DNA of 64,000 bases from Candidatus Micrarchaeia archaeon (GTDB taxonomy: Archaea; Micrarchaeota; Micrarchaeia; Anstonellales; J096), in NCBI GenBank assembly GCA_041500405.1, contig JBGQMB010000001.1:9490-73489 (forward strand), in the 5' to 3' direction. Position 1 is the stretch's first letter, and each line of letters starts with the position of its first letter. The position numbers were made by a program, and so were the translations under genes. The notes beneath the pieces were generated by a model, which did not search any database, was not told where the DNA came from, and saw nothing but the letters and a program-made list of their open reading frames with translations. Positions 62,380 to 64,000 of this stretch are shown here, piece after piece.

Positions 62380-63566
62380 ACAAGATATTGGTGCTCAACT
62401 GCGGAAGCTCCTCCATAAAATACAGGCTTTTTGACTCGAAGTTCAGGGAAATGCTCAGCGGAAAGGTGGAAAGGATAGGGGAAAAGGGGCCTGGGATTGT
62501 CCATGCCAAGGGCAAGGAAACCTTTAGGGCAAACGCAAAAGCAAGCAGCCACAAGGAGGCAATAGCATTGATGATAAGGATGCTCCATGACAGGAAATGG
62601 GGCGGCATACGCAGCGTTTCGGAGATATCCGTCATAGGCCACCGCGCCGTCCACGGAGGCCAGATGGCGAAAACATCGCTTGTCTCCGGCGCGGCGCTGG
62701 ACTACCTGAGGTCGTTTGAGATGCTCGCGCCGCTGCACAACCCCCATAACATAGAGGGCATGAAGGAGATGAAGAAGGCCATGCCGAACGTGCCGCAGGT
62801 CATGGTGTTCGACACGGCGTTCCACCAGACCATGCCGAGGAAGGCGTACATGTACGGGCTTCCTTACGCGTTCTTCGACAAATACGCGGTAAGGAGATAC
62901 GGGTTCCACGGCACGTCCCACAAGTACGTTTCGCTCAGGGCCGCCGAAATGCTGAAAATGAAAAGGCCCAACCTCATAACATGCCACCTTGGCGCAGGCT
63001 CAAGCATAACCGCGGTCAGGGAAGGCAGGTCTGTCGACACAAGCATGGGCATGACGCCATTGGAAGGCGTGATGATGGGAACAAGGACAGGGGACATAGA
63101 CCCGTCCATAGTCCAATACCTGGTGAAGAAATACGGCTTCAGCTATGACGACCTTTTTGACATCATGAACAACAGGAGCGGCCTGCTTGGCATATCCGGC
63201 GCAAGCAAGGACGTCAGGGTGATAATGGGAAAGGCAGGCAAGGGCAACGAGAGGTGCAGGCTTGCGCTCGAGATGTTCAGTTATAGAGTTTCAAAATACA
63301 TCGGCGCATACGCCGCCGCGCTTGGCAAAGTCGACGCAATCGTGTTCACCGCAGGCATTGGCGAGAACTCCCCCTGGATAAGGAAAGAAATATGCGCCAG
63401 CCTCGGCATAATCGGGGCAAAGCTTGATTCCGGAAAAAACAGGAGGGCCATAGGCAAGGAAGCCGATATAAGCGCAAAAGGCTCGAAAATAAGAATGCTT
63501 GTGATTCCGACGGATGAGGAGCTGATGATGGCAAGGGAGGCCGCAGCCGCACTCGGGGGATTGTGA
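62355..63566 (+). CDS. ackA: acetate kinase
   Basis: MNKILVLNCGSSSIKYRLFD (acetate kinase signature 1), VIGHRAVHGG, VFDTAFHQTMP, FHGTSH. 403 aa. Confidence 0.9.
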   Translation: MGREDEKMNKILVLNCGSSSIKYRLFDSKFREMLSGKVERIGEKGPGIVHAKGKETFRANAKASSHKEAIALMIRMLHDRKWGGIRSVSEISVIGHRAVHGGQMAKTSLVSGAALDYLRSFEMLAPLHNPHNIEGMKEMKKAMPNVPQVMVFDTAFHQTMPRKAYMYGLPYAFFDKYAVRRYGFHGTSHKYVSLRAAEMLKMKRPNLITCHLGAGSSITAVREGRSVDTSMGMTPLEGVMMGTRTGDIDPSIVQYLVKKYGFSYDDLFDIMNNRSGLLGISGASKDVRVIMGKAGKGNERCRLALEMFSYRVSKYIGAYAAALGKVDAIVFTAGIGENSPWIRKEICASLGIIGAKLDSGKNRRAIGKEADISAKGSKIRMLVIPTDEELMMAREAAAALGGL

Positions 63567-63937
63567 TGGAGACAAGGGGAATCGGCGTGGACATTGTTGA
63601 CATAAGAAAGCTCAGAAAAATCCTGAAGGGCAAGGCCGGAACGAAGTTCGTCTCCAACACCTTCACCAGGCGCGAGATAGGGTGCGCGAAAGGCGGGGCG
63701 AACATTTTCAAGCTCGCAACCTCGTTCGCCGCAAAGGAGGCGGTCTTCAAGGCCCTTGGCACAGGCTGGATTGAGGGAAAGGACGTGGAGATTGTGAGAA
63801 GCAGGGAAGAGGGCACGCCCAGCATAAGGCTTCATGGAAAAATCGAAAAAATGGCGAAGAAAATGAAAATAAGGAGAGTGCTGGTTTCGCTTTCGTTTGC
63901 CGAAGACTACGCAATTGCCTTTGCGGTCATCTCCTAG
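63563..63937 (+). CDS. acpS: 4-prime-phosphopantetheinyl transferase, AcpS-like
   Basis: GIGVDIVDIRKL and FAAKEAVFKALG match holo-ACP synthase motifs. 124 aa. Overlaps the ackA stop by 4 nt. Confidence 0.6.
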   Translation: MMETRGIGVDIVDIRKLRKILKGKAGTKFVSNTFTRREIGCAKGGANIFKLATSFAAKEAVFKALGTGWIEGKDVEIVRSREEGTPSIRLHGKIEKMAKKMKIRRVLVSLSFAEDYAIAFAVIS

Positions 63938-64000
63938 CCTTCTTGTGCATATAGTCGATTGCCTCGCCCACCGTCTTGTTCTGCCTGACGTCCCCTTGCG

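Noticed and set aside
62256-62987. 243-aa minus ORF inside ackA
   Set aside because: The acetate kinase signature on the plus strand is unmistakable.
1-64000. CRISPR arrays, cas genes, integrases, transposases, rRNA genes
   Set aside because: No regularly spaced direct repeats and no recognisable Cas, integrase, transposase or rRNA sequence found by eye. RNase P or SRP RNA cannot be excluded without covariance-model searches.

Overview
GC-rich, gene-dense archaeal chromosomal segment of about 64 kb. Many adjacent genes overlap by 4 nt (ATGA). Archaeal hallmarks are visible directly in the sequence: an intron-containing tRNA-Trp, aEF-2, aIF-2 alpha/beta, aIF-1A, TFE, fibrillarin, Nop10, CDP-archaeol synthase, and the conserved exosome/ribosomal superoperon in the order L44e-S27e-eIF2alpha-Nop10-PAC2-SBDS-Rrp4-Rrp41-Rrp42-L37ae-RpoP-Brix-Pcc1-prefoldin beta.

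Housekeeping genes include cysS, glnA, dapL-lysA, trm1, an NSUN methyltransferase, a phosphohexomutase, mscL, a YchF-like GTPase and a MIP18-family protein. Three tRNAs are present: Ala-CGC, Trp-CCA with a 28-nt intron, and Ile-GAT.

Accessory or unusual content:
- An AT-rich islet carrying a Dam-family N6-adenine methylase and an unknown partner ORF.
- A three-gene cluster (5.7-8.9 kb): two unrelated proteins share a duplicated 5-prime DNA segment and a 25-aa N-terminus, followed by a radical-SAM-like domain (non-canonical Cx3Cx3CC motif) fused to a class I methyltransferase.
- Three tandem paralogous polytopic membrane proteins.
- A MacB-type ABC operon encoding a large surface protein, next to a PadR regulator.
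- Two ankyrin-repeat proteins flanking a membrane protein.
- A 7.7-kb block of divergent helical-repeat paralogs, an Ig-like adhesin with a Cys-rich C-terminal module, and a DUF4349-like lipoprotein.
- An RpoP homolog that has lost all four zinc-binding cysteines.
- A bacterial-type pta-ackA pair with an AcpS-like gene, next to AMP phosphorylase.

No CRISPR array, integrase or transposase was recognised. Start codons are approximate in several places and every family assignment comes from motif recognition by eye, not database searches. The lineage looks like a small-genome, possibly host-associated archaeon; that is inference.
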